DNA of 64,000 nucleotides from Octopus bimaculoides. Taxonomy: Eukaryota. The position numbers and the translations under genes are program-made. The stretch is from assembly GCF_001194135.2 (NCBI RefSeq), contig NC_068984.1, positions 4,606,789 through 4,670,788 on the forward strand. The letters run 5' to 3'. Below are positions 63,284-64,000 of this stretch, one piece after another. The notes below the pieces were generated by a model. That model saw nothing but the letters and a program-made list of their open reading frames with translations. It was not told the DNA's origin and did not search any database. Each line of letters begins with the position of its first letter. The first letter of the stretch is position 1.

Positions 63284-63350
63284 ATCCAGCTTCTGGAGTT
63301 ACGCACCAGCAACTATGAATTTGATAGCCAGTGTAAGCGCCAACAACGAG
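63284..63350 (+). CDS. GRIPAP1: GRIPAP1 coding exon 2 (67 nt); the gene continues beyond the window
   Basis: gtttattttcCAG acceptor gives IQLLELRTSNYEFDSQCKRQQR plus 1 nt, then donor GTAAAT at 63351. Continues exon 1 in frame and matches GRIPAP1 AQLLELRTNNYQL. Confidence 0.9.
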
Positions 63351-64000
63351 GTAAATGGCCTGACCGAATAATTTATTCCTTTTTTTAAAATTTTCTTTTT
63401 CTTGTTTTCAAGAATTTGTAAGAACTGTATGTGGGTGTATAATTATCAATCAGTTCATAATACTGCCATTTATCAAAGTATATTGTGCTGTAATCATAAT
63501 ATATATATATATAATTTGACAGAGTATAGTAAATATATCATGTGATCGGGTCTTCTCAGTCACAGCATATCTCCCAAGGTCTGGAAGTAAAGTGAAATCA
63601 CAGCCGTAGCCTATACCAGGGTTGCATAACCAGCCCACTTAAAAAAGTACCTTTGGATTGTCAGGTGACACACTGTGCTTGAGGAGACGTATTAAGTCAA
63701 GTAAGACCAAAATCAAAATCAAATCACAATTAAAAGGAAATTGTAGTTGTGGCCGATGCCAGTGCCACCTGATTGGCTCCCGTGCTGGTGGCACGCAATA
63801 AGCACCATTCATGCGTGGGTCATTGTCAGTGCCGCCTGACTGGCTCCCCATGCTGGTGGTTGATGCCAACACCCCACCACCCTGACTGGCTCCGTGCCAG
63901 TACCATCTGAATGTGGTCAATGCCAGCCCCCTTGCCCCGACTGGCTCCTGTGCTGGTGGCATGTAAAAAGCACCAACCGAATGTGGCTGATGTCAGTGCT

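Overview
Animal genomic DNA, AT-rich and full of repeats, with 8 assembly gaps. The repeat landscape (tRNA-derived SINEs, (GAT)n-tailed elements, RTE LINE relics, TA/CA microsatellites) suggests an octopod cephalopod such as Octopus; this is an inference. Two + strand spliced housekeeping genes are recognisable. BRK1 (BRICK1/HSPC300, WAVE complex) is complete, with 3 coding exons at 662-782, 10433-10515 and 20463-20489, giving 76 aa. GRIPAP1 (GRASP-1) is represented by its first two coding exons, 33475-33516 and 63284-63350, separated by a ~29.8 kb intron. The rest is mostly SINEs, LINE relics (RTE, CR1-like, R4/Dong-like), Tc1/mariner relics, piggyBac- and hAT-type MITEs and microsatellites. 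Nearly all ORFs in the supplied track are spurious translations of these repeats or of N-runs. The most interesting signal is non-coding: at least two, possibly three, repeat families carry hammerhead ribozyme (HHR) cores. (1) A ~354-bp unit occurring in tandem and inverted arrangements; one copy (37753-37797, - strand) folds as a near-canonical minimal type I hammerhead with a palindromic helix III, typical of Penelope-like-element termini or non-LTR retrozymes. (2) A tRNA-headed, Pol III-type SINE whose tail is a hammerhead-like motif (3 copies). (3) A hammerhead-like core with a long helix II just upstream of BRK1 exon 2. All folds were derived by eye and all protein similarities are from memory; nothing was computed or searched.
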